Source of the DNA: Convolutriloba macropyga
Taxonomy: Eukaryota
Reading direction: 5' to 3'
DNA: 64,000 nucleotides
Assembly (NCBI RefSeq): GCF_964194025.1
Contig: NC_134475.1
Span: forward strand, 48,484,001 to 48,548,000
The notes under the pieces are model-generated. The model was not told the DNA's origin, made no database searches, and saw only the letters and a list, made by a program, of their open reading frames with translations. This document shows, one piece after another, positions 50,601 to 61,805 of this stretch. The position numbers and the translations under genes were made by a program. Numbering within the stretch: the stretch's first letter is position 1; each line of letters opens with the position of its first letter.

Positions 50601-53600
50601 AAAAGAAAATTAACTTCGAGATTCTCAATTGTATTTTCTGAGCAAAAATTTCATCTACATAACAAAAAAATTGACTGGGACTCAGCATGAGGTCAGTTTC
50701 TCCTGCTGGCTTGAACGAAGCTTAGCTCATTTTTTAAAATGATGTATTGAAACAAATAGAGAAATACAGTTTTTTCTTTTATTTAGATCAGATTACTCAA
50801 AAACGTTATTTATATTCTGAGGCTCCCTTATTTAGAAATCGCAAAATCACTTTCAATTTTGTAAAGGACATTCTGACTACTTTGTGGCCGGCCATTTCCG
50901 TAATTTTCTTTCCTAAGTGCAGTTTTTAACAAAAACTCAGCGGAATTAATTTTTAAACTTAACTGTTTAAACTTTGAATTGTTTGTGTATTCTGAACGAA
51001 AAAAGTCTGCATGTCAGCAGAGCTGAACGGTTAGTTGATTGGTAAATTGATTTTGAAGTATGCAAGGGTAATGTACTGCATAGTGGATATTACAGTTCAC
51101 AAAATTCAACTCCATATCTCCACAGATTTGAAACCGCTGAAACAAACGGGGCGTAGTAAAGCTTACCTTGTCATTCATTGTTAGGAGAGCAGCTGTTGCA
51201 GTCCACTAAGGCATAGAGAGATGGACAATATTAAAAAGAAACCTTAAAATAGTATGAAAATATTAAATGCTGGAAAGAAATGACGAAAAAAATAATATGA
51301 ATTCAAAATATTTACAAGTTGCTGCCCGAAAAGAAGTATGCGCCGCAAAACTTGTAACGCAAATAGAGGTTTTCGATTTTGTTTATCTATAAGATTAGCT
51401 CTGTTATTTCAACTGATGTGATATGGTTCCTTCCCGTAGCCCAACTCTACTAATTGATGTTTTTGAGATATAAATTCAGTTTGATAAATTGAAATTAGTA
51501 CACATTTGGCTTCTTGCAAGGGACTAGTTTTGACAAATTATGTCAAATTATGTCTTATAACATAACTAGTTCAGACATATATCCTGACAGATTAATATTA
51601 CAAAATCATATAGGGAGTTGTACTGCAAGCTTGTGGTTGTATCTTGATTTTGGCTCTTATCTGTAAACATCTTCCAAATAGCACGTGTGTCGAGAGCTAT
51701 GACCATAAATATACGGTAAATGATGGTCAACAAGGTGTTTTGATTGCCATTTTTAATTGGCAAAACGATCCCAGGCTTCGCAATTTTTTTTGATACGCTG
51801 AGGCAGACTCCATATGGGTTTTTTTAAGGAGTTTTTTTTTACCTGGAAGGAGTTAGTTTCCTTAGTTTCTTTGCCTTAAAAATAGTATAGAGAGCGCTAC
51901 TTCTGCGCACGATGTAGTCTTACTTATTTCTAAACTACCAACTGACTTTGTCTTAAAGGAAAGACAGAAAAAGATATTTCAATTATAACAACAATATGAA
52001 TATAAATTGGCCGAGTCATTCATTTAAAGACTGTGGTATAAAATATAACCGGACACTGATTAAAACCGATGACTGTTTAAATGCGAAGAGTCTTCTAATT
52101 CTCTGATTGGTCAGAAATTTCGCGGAATAGATTTCTATCTGCTGCAGTGCACATACTTGCACTGCCCGGGCCGAGTTTTTACCCTTAATCCACCCCTAAT
52201 TATAGCTGGGATTAGAGTGTAATGCAAATTCAACTCCTATTTATCGGGGAAAAGAGTGTAATAGTGTATTTTTTTAAGAAATACACTGTATTTACACTCT
52301 TTCTCCACACTTTTTACACTCTTGGCAAGAGAGGGCGAGGGATTGATCCTCACTATACCTCCTTCCACCTTCATTTTTTCAAATTACACTCTTGAAATTA
52401 CACTCTTCCACCGTTAATTAAGCGGAGAAATAGGGGTGTATTTTTTTATTTTTACACTCTTAACACTCTTTTCCCCGTTATTTGTGGGGAAAACCCTCGG
52501 CCCGGGAGCTATCTCAATATCTTTTTTGAACAAAGCGTATGAGAAAACCTTGCTGATGACATGCTGATTTTGTCATTGCAGTACCTGCACAGTCGCAACA
52601 TCTTGCACAGAGACCTCAAGACACAGAATGTCTTCTTAACCAGATCCAATCTAGTCAAGGTGGGGGACTTGGGTATTGCAAGACAGCTGAAGGAGAACGA
52701 GATGGCAGACACCCTCATTGGCACCCCGTACTACATGAGTCCAGAGATATTCCAGAACATTCCATACAGCTACAAGGTTTGAAATTGTTTTCAAGATCCA
52801 AATGGTTAATACAAATCTTTGTTATCAAACTTTGATTCGGAATCAAAAGTTTTTGCTCATTAAAAGTTCAGATAAGGAAGTGTTTGTTTTGTTTAAAGTG
52901 GTTTGAAATTGGTTAAAGTGACCGAATGTTGTGTTCTGTTGTGCTGACATAATTGTGTACCTAAATTTTTAAGAAAATGATAAGCGAAATTGAAATTTCT
53001 AATTGACTGTGCGATTGGCTTTGTCATTCGGGCATCGCCTATTTTATGATTAATTTACTTGGAATTTTTATCAGTTTTTGATAAAACTGCCGTATTCTTA
53101 GCTAGTCAAACTCACATCTTTTAAGGTTACTTCCCAACGTGACGCACCATAATAAAATAAAATAGTAGAAGCTTCTTATTTCATTTTCGTCTGGATCACC
53201 CGGTTCATACTTCCACCACCTCACCCCTGGAGTTCAATTGCACAGAATAGTCGAACAGTCTGATTGGAGGCAAATTTAAACGAGCATTAATCAGAATTTG
53301 ATTGATTTTGGGGGCATTTGGGTCAACCAGTAAACTCAAACTTAACACACCTTGATAGGACATATGCATGATCTTGACATCTCTTACAAAACTTGAAACA
53401 TCTTGCAAAGAACTTGATACACAAACATTTGGTTAATCAGGGGAAAATTATAGTTAGTTAGTATAAGACAAAAAAGTATCAGCGTTGTGTCTTTCGGACC
53501 AGAGGAAAAGTTAGTATTTTAAAGTAGTATTTTTTGTAATTTCAGTCTGACATCTGGTCCCTAGGCTGCATTTTGTATGAGATGACGTCATTGAAACACG

Positions 53601-53653
53601 CCTTCACTGCACACGAGTTCAGTGCTCTAGTCCACAAAATCATCAATGGAGAG
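44552..53653 (+). CDS. NEK4: NIMA-related Ser/Thr kinase, NEK4-like; 5 coding exons covering subdomains I-X, 3' part not securely located
   Basis: Exons at 44552-44653 (IGEGSYGQV), 48141-48265 (YVMK..EAKLL..HPNIV), 48791-48941 ([16 protein letters not shown]), 52582-52776 ([31 protein letters not shown]) and 53546-53653 ([13 protein letters not shown]). All junctions are GT-AG with compatible phases. DLG and KTQNVFLT fit NEK4. Confidence 0.9.
46880..47023. repeat. Solo end of the family bounding 53700-59738
   Basis: AAACTTTAAACCACGATA..AATGATACCACTCACA..CCCACTACGGTGGGTCGAACAAT matches 59536-59738. Confidence 0.7.
47344..47712. mobile_element. MITE with ~40-bp imperfect TIRs and a tRNA-like core
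   Basis: Left CCAGGGTCGA..TGGTAAATTTTTGTAAGAAATGC pairs with right GCATTTCTTACAAAAATTCACCA..TCGACTCGGG. A- and B-box-like motifs lie on the minus strand at 47437-47500. Confidence 0.7.
48141..48265 (+). CDS. NEK4: NEK4-like exon 2
   Basis: Catalytic Lys and alphaC Glu; ttag|TAC...TG|GTATG. Confidence 0.92.
48791..48941 (+). CDS. NEK4: NEK4-like exon 3
   Basis: Hinge [10 protein letters not shown]; ttag|G...CAG|GTATAT. Confidence 0.92.
52165..52506. mobile_element. MITE with CCCGGGCCGAG TIRs and AGAGTGTAA/TTACACTCT subrepeats
   Basis: Perfect 11-bp TIR and multiple subrepeats in both orientations. Confidence 0.75.
52582..52776 (+). CDS. NEK4: NEK4-like exon 4
   Basis: HRD, DLG and SPE motifs; gcag|TAC...AAG|GTTTGA. 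Confidence 0.95.
53546..53653 (+). CDS. NEK4: NEK4-like exon 5
   Basis: [20 protein letters not shown]; ttcag|TCT...GAG|GTGAGT. Confidence 0.95.
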
Positions 53654-54439
53654 GTGAGTTAAACTAATATTAAAATTTCTGAAGTCCTGAAACAGGCGAT
53701 TATTGTTCTGGCCCCACTTGTGGGGGGACTATATACTCAAATGGGTTTTTTTTGTTCAGACAATTTTGGCCGATCGATATATTCATCGAAGCCAAATGTG
53801 AGTGGTATCATTAAAAAGCCCCTCCACCGTAGAAATCGAAATTAAAAAGATCTTTCTGAATTTTTTTTTGAGGAGTTATCGAGGATTGAAGTTTTGTTTG
53901 AACACGGGATATTTGGCATGATTTTTTTCACTTTTAGTGTAATGTATTTTGAAATTAAGATTATTCCTATAAAAATATTAATTCAAAAATACATTTCATG
54001 CCATAAAATGAATCAATTTTTTGTTCTTCATATACGAAAGGCGAAATAAAGACTAGTTCTAGTCTCATAGGGAAGAATACTTTCAAAAAAAAAAATAAAA
54101 TTCTATTTGAGAGCTCTTTTAATAAAAAAAAATTTTCATATATTTTTTTGTTTTTCAAGTCACCTAGAGACTAGTCATTTTTCATATCGAGTTTCCTTAA
54201 TTGAAAAACTTCATTTACAGTCAAAGGATGCCCAATAAACGAAAAATTTGTTTTCAAGGAATCACTCATGTTTTTTTCGGCTTCGACTCTTGATTTTTCG
54301 TAATTTTAAATGAAATTCTGATTTTTTTGAGGTTTTATTATTTTTCTTGGTCCTATGGCAAGGGCTCGTTGACTAAAAGTGCAATAATTATGTAATGAGC
54401 ATTAAGTGAACATATCTAGTGCTTTGAGCACACAGCTAT

Positions 54440-55780
54440 TCGCTGTTAAGACTTTTAAAAAAAATATTTTGAAAAAACTTTCTCTATTATTAACCGATCA
54501 TAAACTTATTATCGTGAGCTATAAGTCAGTCTGAGTAGTGAAAAGACCTCTTTCTTTCTATTGCACACAAAATTATTCAAGTTAGCGTTTTTTTACTCCT
54601 GGTTATATGACTTCAATGCTACAAGATTTCGGAATAATTTTTTTTAATTTGTGGATTTTTTCCTATTTTTTGGTTCTTTTTGAAACCTTATCACATTATC
54701 CTAAAATTGAAAGCTCCCATTGGTTTAGCAAAGACGTTCAATGGATCATAAGTAAACTCTTTCAGAGAAATGTTTATGGTTTAAATGGCTTCGACGCTAT
54801 CTTCTTGCACTTTTTCACTGAAATTTTTAGTTTTTGCCTGTGTTTTTTGTTTTTCTTTTCATAGTCATCAGACTTTTTGTGATGTCATATTGATTACCTT
54901 TGCATAACAAACATCCTTGTCCTCCCCTCAAGGCATAACTGAGCCTATTTATTGACTTCCGTTGAAAGCTATTGAATTTAATGTCTGTTAAGATTTCAAA
55001 AATAAATTTTCGAAAATTTTTTTTGAACGTTAACCAATATTAAACTTAATTTTGTCAGCTGAAAGTCAGTCTCTGTAATAACCAGAACCCTTCTTTTTTT
55101 GACTTCAATCCAATTTAGTTAGCGGTTTTATTTTCATATCTTGTAACAATTGGTTTTATGACTAATTTTCATAATTATTAGTTTTCATAATTTTTTAAAA
55201 AAATTTTCTGGATAATTTTTTCGTAATTTTGGTTCCTTTTGAAATCTAATCACGTTATCTTCGTATCTTGATAGTTTCCATTAGTTTGGAAAAGATGTTC
55301 AATTGATAATAGAGAAAATTTTCAAAGAAGAAATAATGGTTTAAATGGCTTCGACACTTTCTTCTCGCATTTTTCCATTGAATTTTTGGACTTTGCCCGT
55401 ATTTATTGCTGTTTTCATAGTCAATGACTTACTGTAAGGTCTTACTGATGACCTACGAATTTCCCACATCGTTTTAATCCTATTGAGGCATAACTTACAG
55501 TATTAATTGGCTTTCATTGAAAGCTATTGTTTTTAATGGAGTTGATACAACGGCTTTTCTCAAAAAAATTCGTGGTTTTAATGTATTTGTTCATGTTCTT
55601 TGATTTCTTGAAGTCATATTGTTAAAAGTTTAAAAATTCAACTTCTGTACGTCTGTTAAAAATTTAATTAAGTAGAGAAGTTTTTATTGAAAATCTTATT
55701 TTTTAATGGCTTCAACACTTTCCTCGCTCAATTTTTTTTTGAAATTGCTGTTTTTGCGTTTTTTTTTTATTATTTAGGTA
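54440..55780. repeat. Diverged ~550-bp tandem duplication (2 copies plus a partial third)
   Basis: TGGTTTAAATGGCTTCGAC at 54777 and 55337; GGCATAACT at 54932 and 55487; GAAAGCTATTG at 54964 and 55520. Confidence 0.8.
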
Positions 55781-57440
55781 GCCGTAAATGCTGACAGGTC
55801 ACATAAAATTGTAATTGAGTATTGAATGATTGAGTTTTCCAGAAGCAGTCGATTTATAGCTAATAGTCTTAAAGTTTATGGTGTTATACTTTTCCAAAGG
55901 TTTTTCAAGCTTTTCAGTTTTTGTTGTTCTTTTCGCCAACTTGTGATTTGTTCTCATCATTGAGAGGTTTCATCCAAATCCCTGCATTTCAAAAATTTGA
56001 AATGTCTGCGGATATTATGTCGTAACTGATGTTTAAACTGTTGGAGAATTTGCGTTTGCATAATAGTTTTGTGAATGGTGCATTTGTATTTCTTTTTGTC
56101 TTCTCTTAGCACATTCTTGTAATAACAGATCCCATTGATTTTCGAATGTGGTCCAAGGGAACTTCTTTATTCTTTCGGTATAATTTTAGTTGAATTAGTG
56201 TAAAAAAAATGAAATAAGGATACATAATATTCAGATAATAGCTAATGACTTTAATGACTTCAATAATTTGTGTTTTCGCAAGTTGTTTATAATTTTTTGA
56301 GATTTTGTGCATCTTTAGTCCGTTTGTATGGCTTAGTCTAACCAAAGACATAGTTCCTTGTTTTCAATTTGACCATTTAATAATATTACCAAGAATTATT
56401 TCGTTCTAGGCTAATGATTTTTAATACTATTGAAAAAATTTGGTTTAAAAAATTTTGATTGATTTTTGTATTTCACCTCATTATTTCTTCTTTTTGCTGA
56501 CTTGTTAACTAGTCTCATTAAAGAAAATTTTCATCCGCTCTACAGTTAAAGAAAAAGCAAATTTGTGTTGTTAAGGTTTTATCTGATTTCACTTTGACGT
56601 TGTTATTAGGTGCTCTTAAATTTAGATTTTGAGTTTTTGACGTGAAATTTTTGTTTTTGATTATTTTTTTAGTATTTCTTATGGCAGATCTCGTGAGCGC
56701 TGCATTTACGCATGGTAAAATGTAATTCAATTAGAAGTTAAATTGGGTAACTATTTTTTGAAACTCAAACATCTTTTTTGTTATCTCTTCATTTGGTTGA
56801 CAATTAGGTCAAAAATATAGCTGACCTCGGGTAGGAACATCATGTGCAAACGCACATTAACGAGCATGCTTGTTGTAATCTGTTTTCCGAGGTTTCAAAA
56901 TGTTCCATATATATCACTCCAGAGCCTGCTAGCCTGGTTCTTTCTGCTGAAAAAATTTTTGCACCGATGAGCATATTCCACAGAGGCATACAATAGTGAT
57001 TTTTTGAAACTCGGGAAAAACCTATTAAATCTATAAAAGATATTTCCAAAGCGACAAATTGAAGAGACGTTTTTAATTTTCTGCTTTCTCAAACACGCGA
57101 CAAGAAGCTGCGAAAATTTGCTCAAAGACGATACGAGGAATTTTGTAACTATTTAGTTTCGGTGAAGGACCATTTAGAAAAATTCAAGACAATTTTTTGT
57201 CAAAACACTTAATGAAATATGTTTTTCCTGCAATATTGGTTTTAATGAGCATATGATAATATTTCAACATCAGCTCAAAATAAGTCAAATGATTCTCAAG
57301 TTCTATCATATCAACTTTTAGTTACATTGGGAAAATTTATGAACAAATAAAGTTGTTTGAGCGCTTTTGAGGGGTGCGATTTTATTAATGAGAACTAAAC
57401 TTAATCAACAGTAAAAACAACTTCTGGTGAAGAAGTTGCG

Positions 57441-57679
57441 ACCAAAGAGATCTTTTTTGCTTAAACAGGCCTAAGGAACAGATACATTCCTTTGTTTTAT
57501 TACTAGTGTACAAGATTCCAAACATTTGATACACCCAATTTTGAATTGATCTTTGGAGAGCGTAACAAAATCAGGTGTATCAAATGTTTGGAATCATGTA
57601 AACTAGTAATGAAACAAAGGAATGTATCTGTTTCTTAGTCCGGTATAAGCAAAAAAAATTACATTTTGATCTCTTTGGT
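57441..57679. repeat. Long inverted repeat / foldback hairpin
   Basis: 57477-57535 pairs with 57574-57632 (about 3 mismatches in 59 nt). Outer arms are ACCAAAGAGATC / GATCTCTTTGGT. Confidence 0.9.
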
Positions 57680-59468
57680 TGTAATTTTCTTCCCCACAAT
57701 TTCAGTATCACTTCTTTGAGACAAGTTAAGGCCTGAAACCTCGAAAAACTCCATTCCTTTTTTTACACCATCCGTTAGAGGGGGGCAATTAACTGAAAAT
57801 CGTTATTAGTAACATTGAAAATAGATGTTAACATTGAAGGAAATATTTGCAAGTTTTTCTGTAAATACGAAGTGAACTCAACTGTTCCCCATTACTATAC
57901 CAAAAAAAAATAGTAAGACAAAAAAATTTGGCAATGTTTAATTTTCCGCCTCTTCTGGCCAAAATGATAATTAACTAACAATGCGTTTCGAATAAACAAA
58001 ACTACTTACAAATTCAAACAGTTCGATTTTGAATTTGATGACATCCATAACTAAAAAGATTGAGTTTATAAATATATTTAATCTTCGCAAATTAACTATG
58101 AGCAAAAAGAAGCTCGAACAAATTGAATTGTTTTTGTTGTTAGAGAAGAAGTTGCCTTAATGTTTATCTTACATCTTAACATTTTGTGAGTTGAAAACGA
58201 AGAATATATTTACTACAACCTCTTTCAGCAAATTGGAGAGTTTGATTTTCATAACAAATAATTTTTTTCTGGTGAATTATATGAGCTCTAAACTATCAGC
58301 TCATTTTCATTACATTTTAATAAAATAGAGTTCTTTCCAGGGTTCATAGTAGACGTTTTTCAAGCCTTGCCCCAACCAACCTATTTTTCATTTTCATCTG
58401 TCAGATGAAAAGCTTCAAATAAACAAAGAAATTTTAAACTAAAGTAATTTTTTGGAGAGTTTAGTGCTGTGAATTTTCCATTACAACTCTTTGATTTTAC
58501 AGAAAGAGTAACCTGGAAAAACTTTACAAATTCTGATTCAGATATTCTTTGAAAAGTATTTTCACTTTTTTAAAGTTTGCAAATAAATAAGTTAGGGCGT
58601 GTGTTTGCCCTCTGATAGGTTGAAAACTTTTGTGCTATTACAAATTACTAACCTTCTTTGCTTAGAGGTCTTTGGTATTTTTTTCATCATTAAAGAAAAC
58701 AGTAGTAAAAAATACACAAAGCCCATCGATGCAAATAATGTAAGTTGACGCATATGGTGCATAGGTGATATTGTGAGTGACTAGACTGGTGAAACTCTGT
58801 AAACAGCATTTGTTCCTGAATTGTTGACAACAAATTTTGATGAAAATAATCAAATTTTATAAAAAATTTTATTCGTTTTAATAGCGCTCTTTGAAAGTAA
58901 AACCATTTTTATTAGTCACATATGCAAGCAGCAATTATGGACCACATGAGAACAATAGGAATGCCTTGACTTTATCGAAAACGTCGCTAGTTTAACATTT
59001 GTTTTATTTTTTTCTCCCCAAATCAATATCAGACTTGTTTCCAAAAAAAAACAACCATGATTATTTTTTCGATAACGTTTTACACCATAGGATGGTTCGT
59101 TAACCTAAAAACCACAAAAAAGCACTAAATAACAAAGTTTTGTACATGCAATAATGAATTGTTTCATTGATTGGTACCTGAAAGGTGTATTAAAGCAGAC
59201 CCGATGTGGGCTCCTTTTACAGCCCTAAGTGTTCGACAGATGTGGCTACTCGTTTATGCGCTCGAAAACTATTAACGTAACTCTGCGGGACCAATCGACT
59301 GGGTAAAACACTAAAGCCAAATTTCAGTTATATCGACAAAATAAATATATATTGCGGCGTCGATGGTATACATAATATGCGTAACTCTCTGTTACACTAA
59401 ATATTTAAGAAGAGCACACTTCAAAAGTTTAAAAGTGAAAACAGTCTGTTTAGTTTTCAATTGGTTGA

Positions 59469-59491
59469 NNNNNNNNNNNNNNNNNNNNNNN
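59469..59491. other. Assembly gap (23 N)
   Basis: Run of N. Confidence 1.
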
Positions 59492-61805
59492 GGTAAAAGT
59501 GAACAAAAGTGAACCAAATATCCAGTGTTCACATGAAACTTTAAACCTCGATAACTCCTCAAATAAACGAAATTCAAAAAAATCTTTTTAATCTCGAGTT
59601 CTACGCTGGACGAGCTTTTTAATGATACCACGCACATTTCTCTACGATGAATATATCGGTCGGCCAAAATTCACGGAACAAAAAAAAACCCATTTGATTA
59701 TATAGTTCCTCCCCCCACAAGTAGGGTCGGAACAATAAAAACAATATTTCCTATACCCTCAAAAAGACTTTTTATTTTGTTTAAATGAAGTAAGAACACT
59801 AGCGAAAGCCAACTTCCATTGCACGTTTTCTATTATGGCTTCCTAAGAATGGTTTACGAATTTTTGTTGCGTCTAGAAAAAAAATATACCCCCCCTGCGA
59901 AAAAGAAACCACTAGTCTGCAATAACCCCCCCCCCCCACCCCCCCCCCCCCCCCCACCACACGAAAATAAACCCCAAGTGAATTAAACCCCCTGAGGGGG
60001 GGCACAATCAAAAACCCAAAGAGTGATTTCACATCTAGGCGTGGCCATCGCCCGGGTGTATATACATTTTGGGTCATCAATTCATTTTTGTGGACTGGAG
60101 TTTCTCCCCAAAATTTGTTGAATTTGTTATTGCTTTGCAGGAAACGTTGACAGATATCCTTGGGAAGGACATGTTTGAGAGATATATTGGTAGATTCTGG
60201 CACCTCATGATACTTTCCAAGTCCTCCCAGTCGAGATACGCCACAACCACGTGAACTCCGGAATCATAACAAAAAAAAAACTCAATTAAACACTTCTCAA
60301 AACATTTTTGTGCTCGTGTTTGTGCTTTGCGAACTCGTTTTTGATACAAAAACCACCTTTTGTAGCAATTTTGGGCAGAAATCTGATCAAAATTGCCTGA
60401 TGAAATAGCAATCTATCTTCATAGTTTTTATTTATTAAATAGTACTAAAAAATTGGCTGAGCATAGTTGATTTAATCTGTGTAAAGAAAGAAAGATGAAA
60501 CTAAGGTTTCTAATGGGCTGACGCCTGGGTTATTATTTTTTGGAATCATGCAAGGATTAGATATGATATCAAATGCGTTATACTCAATTCATTCGTACAC
60601 TCCTTGTGTGATAACTAGAAAATAATCTCACAAGAATATGTTGGGCTCTAAAAAGGTGCATCATTTTGCCATGATTCAAAATTTAAAGAATTAATGTTAT
60701 TTTTCAAAATTATTGGTAATTTTGTGCAATTTATATAACGCTTATTTCGACCACCATTTGTTTAATTGTATCATTGTTCATATTTAAATTTGAATTTGTA
60801 TTAAACTCAGTTTTCAAATATTTTCTTCGCGTTCTGGATATCTTTGTTCCACTAGATGAGCGTATCTTAACTAACAATAACAACGAAAGAAATTTTATTT
60901 TTGCCTTTATAATTTTTGCCTTTAAAAAACTCCCCGGATCTAATGGTAGCCTTTTTAGAAAGATGATGGTATTTTTATGGTTGAGCTATTTAAGAGAAAC
61001 TTTTTAGCCGCGTTTGAAATTGAAGACATTCGCATGTTGACCACTTTGGAAGAAGATTACCAATCATAAAATGCCATGTATGGATGGTATGAAAACTTAT
61101 TAAACATACTACGAACAGGAAAACATGAGTTTGGCTAATAAACAGACCAAAGGGTCACCTGTAGCTCAAAAACTTGTTTTGGTGCTTGAAATATCAAAAA
61201 ATCACAATAAAGTGTATTTGCTGTTACAAATTATCCATGAAAAATGTGATTAAAATTGTTCAATTTGATTTGGTTGTTCTTCAAATTAGTTCAAAGGGCC
61301 AGTTCTAGAATCAGGTAGCAAGAACATAAACATTTTTTATGGCGCTGATTTGGTAGATAAATTTTGTCAACCCGGGTTTACACTTATGATCTCTCGTTCG
61401 CAAGTTATCTTGCATTTTGCTACTATACAGGTTTCTGTGTGGATTATTCATGAGGAAATTTTACTTCTATATTTTTGGTGTGCGTATTTTTTTTGCTCGG
61501 TGTCCATCGTTTCAATCCATTAGAAAAAATTACGAGAGACTTGAGAATCTATTTAATTTCCCTCCATGGTTTTTTCTCCACTTCACTTAAAAATCACATT
61601 CTCTTTTATAGTCCGTAACTAGGTAAAAATTGAGCTCAGATGGTCTAACAAATATAGGGCCACTGGGTGCTGGAACAGAACAGCTCCTGAATACAAAGCT
61701 AGTATAACTTACAAACTTTGTTTGTCAAATTTAGAGGCATAAGCAAGAATACTACTGTGAAGAGTTCTGGGTGTAAAAGTACTTCTGAAAAACACAAAAT
61801 CATTT

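Larger units (their letters stand above)
53700..59738. mobile_element. ~6-kb segment bounded by ~240-bp diverged inverted repeats in NEK4 intron 5
   Basis: 53700-53940 is the reverse complement of 59492-59738 (TTATTGTTC...GAACAATAA, shared ATGATACCAC, AAAAAGAT, TTATCGAGG). No intact ORF or TSD was found. Confidence 0.7.

Noticed and set aside
53205-53408. Coding-looking antisense ORF in NEK4 intron 4
   Set aside because: No ATG start or convincing acceptor, no recognisable homology, and no partner exons found.
59925-59960. Poly-C tract giving a poly-Gly ORF / G-quadruplex candidate
   Set aside because: Low-complexity homopolymer that is common across this window and error-prone in assemblies.
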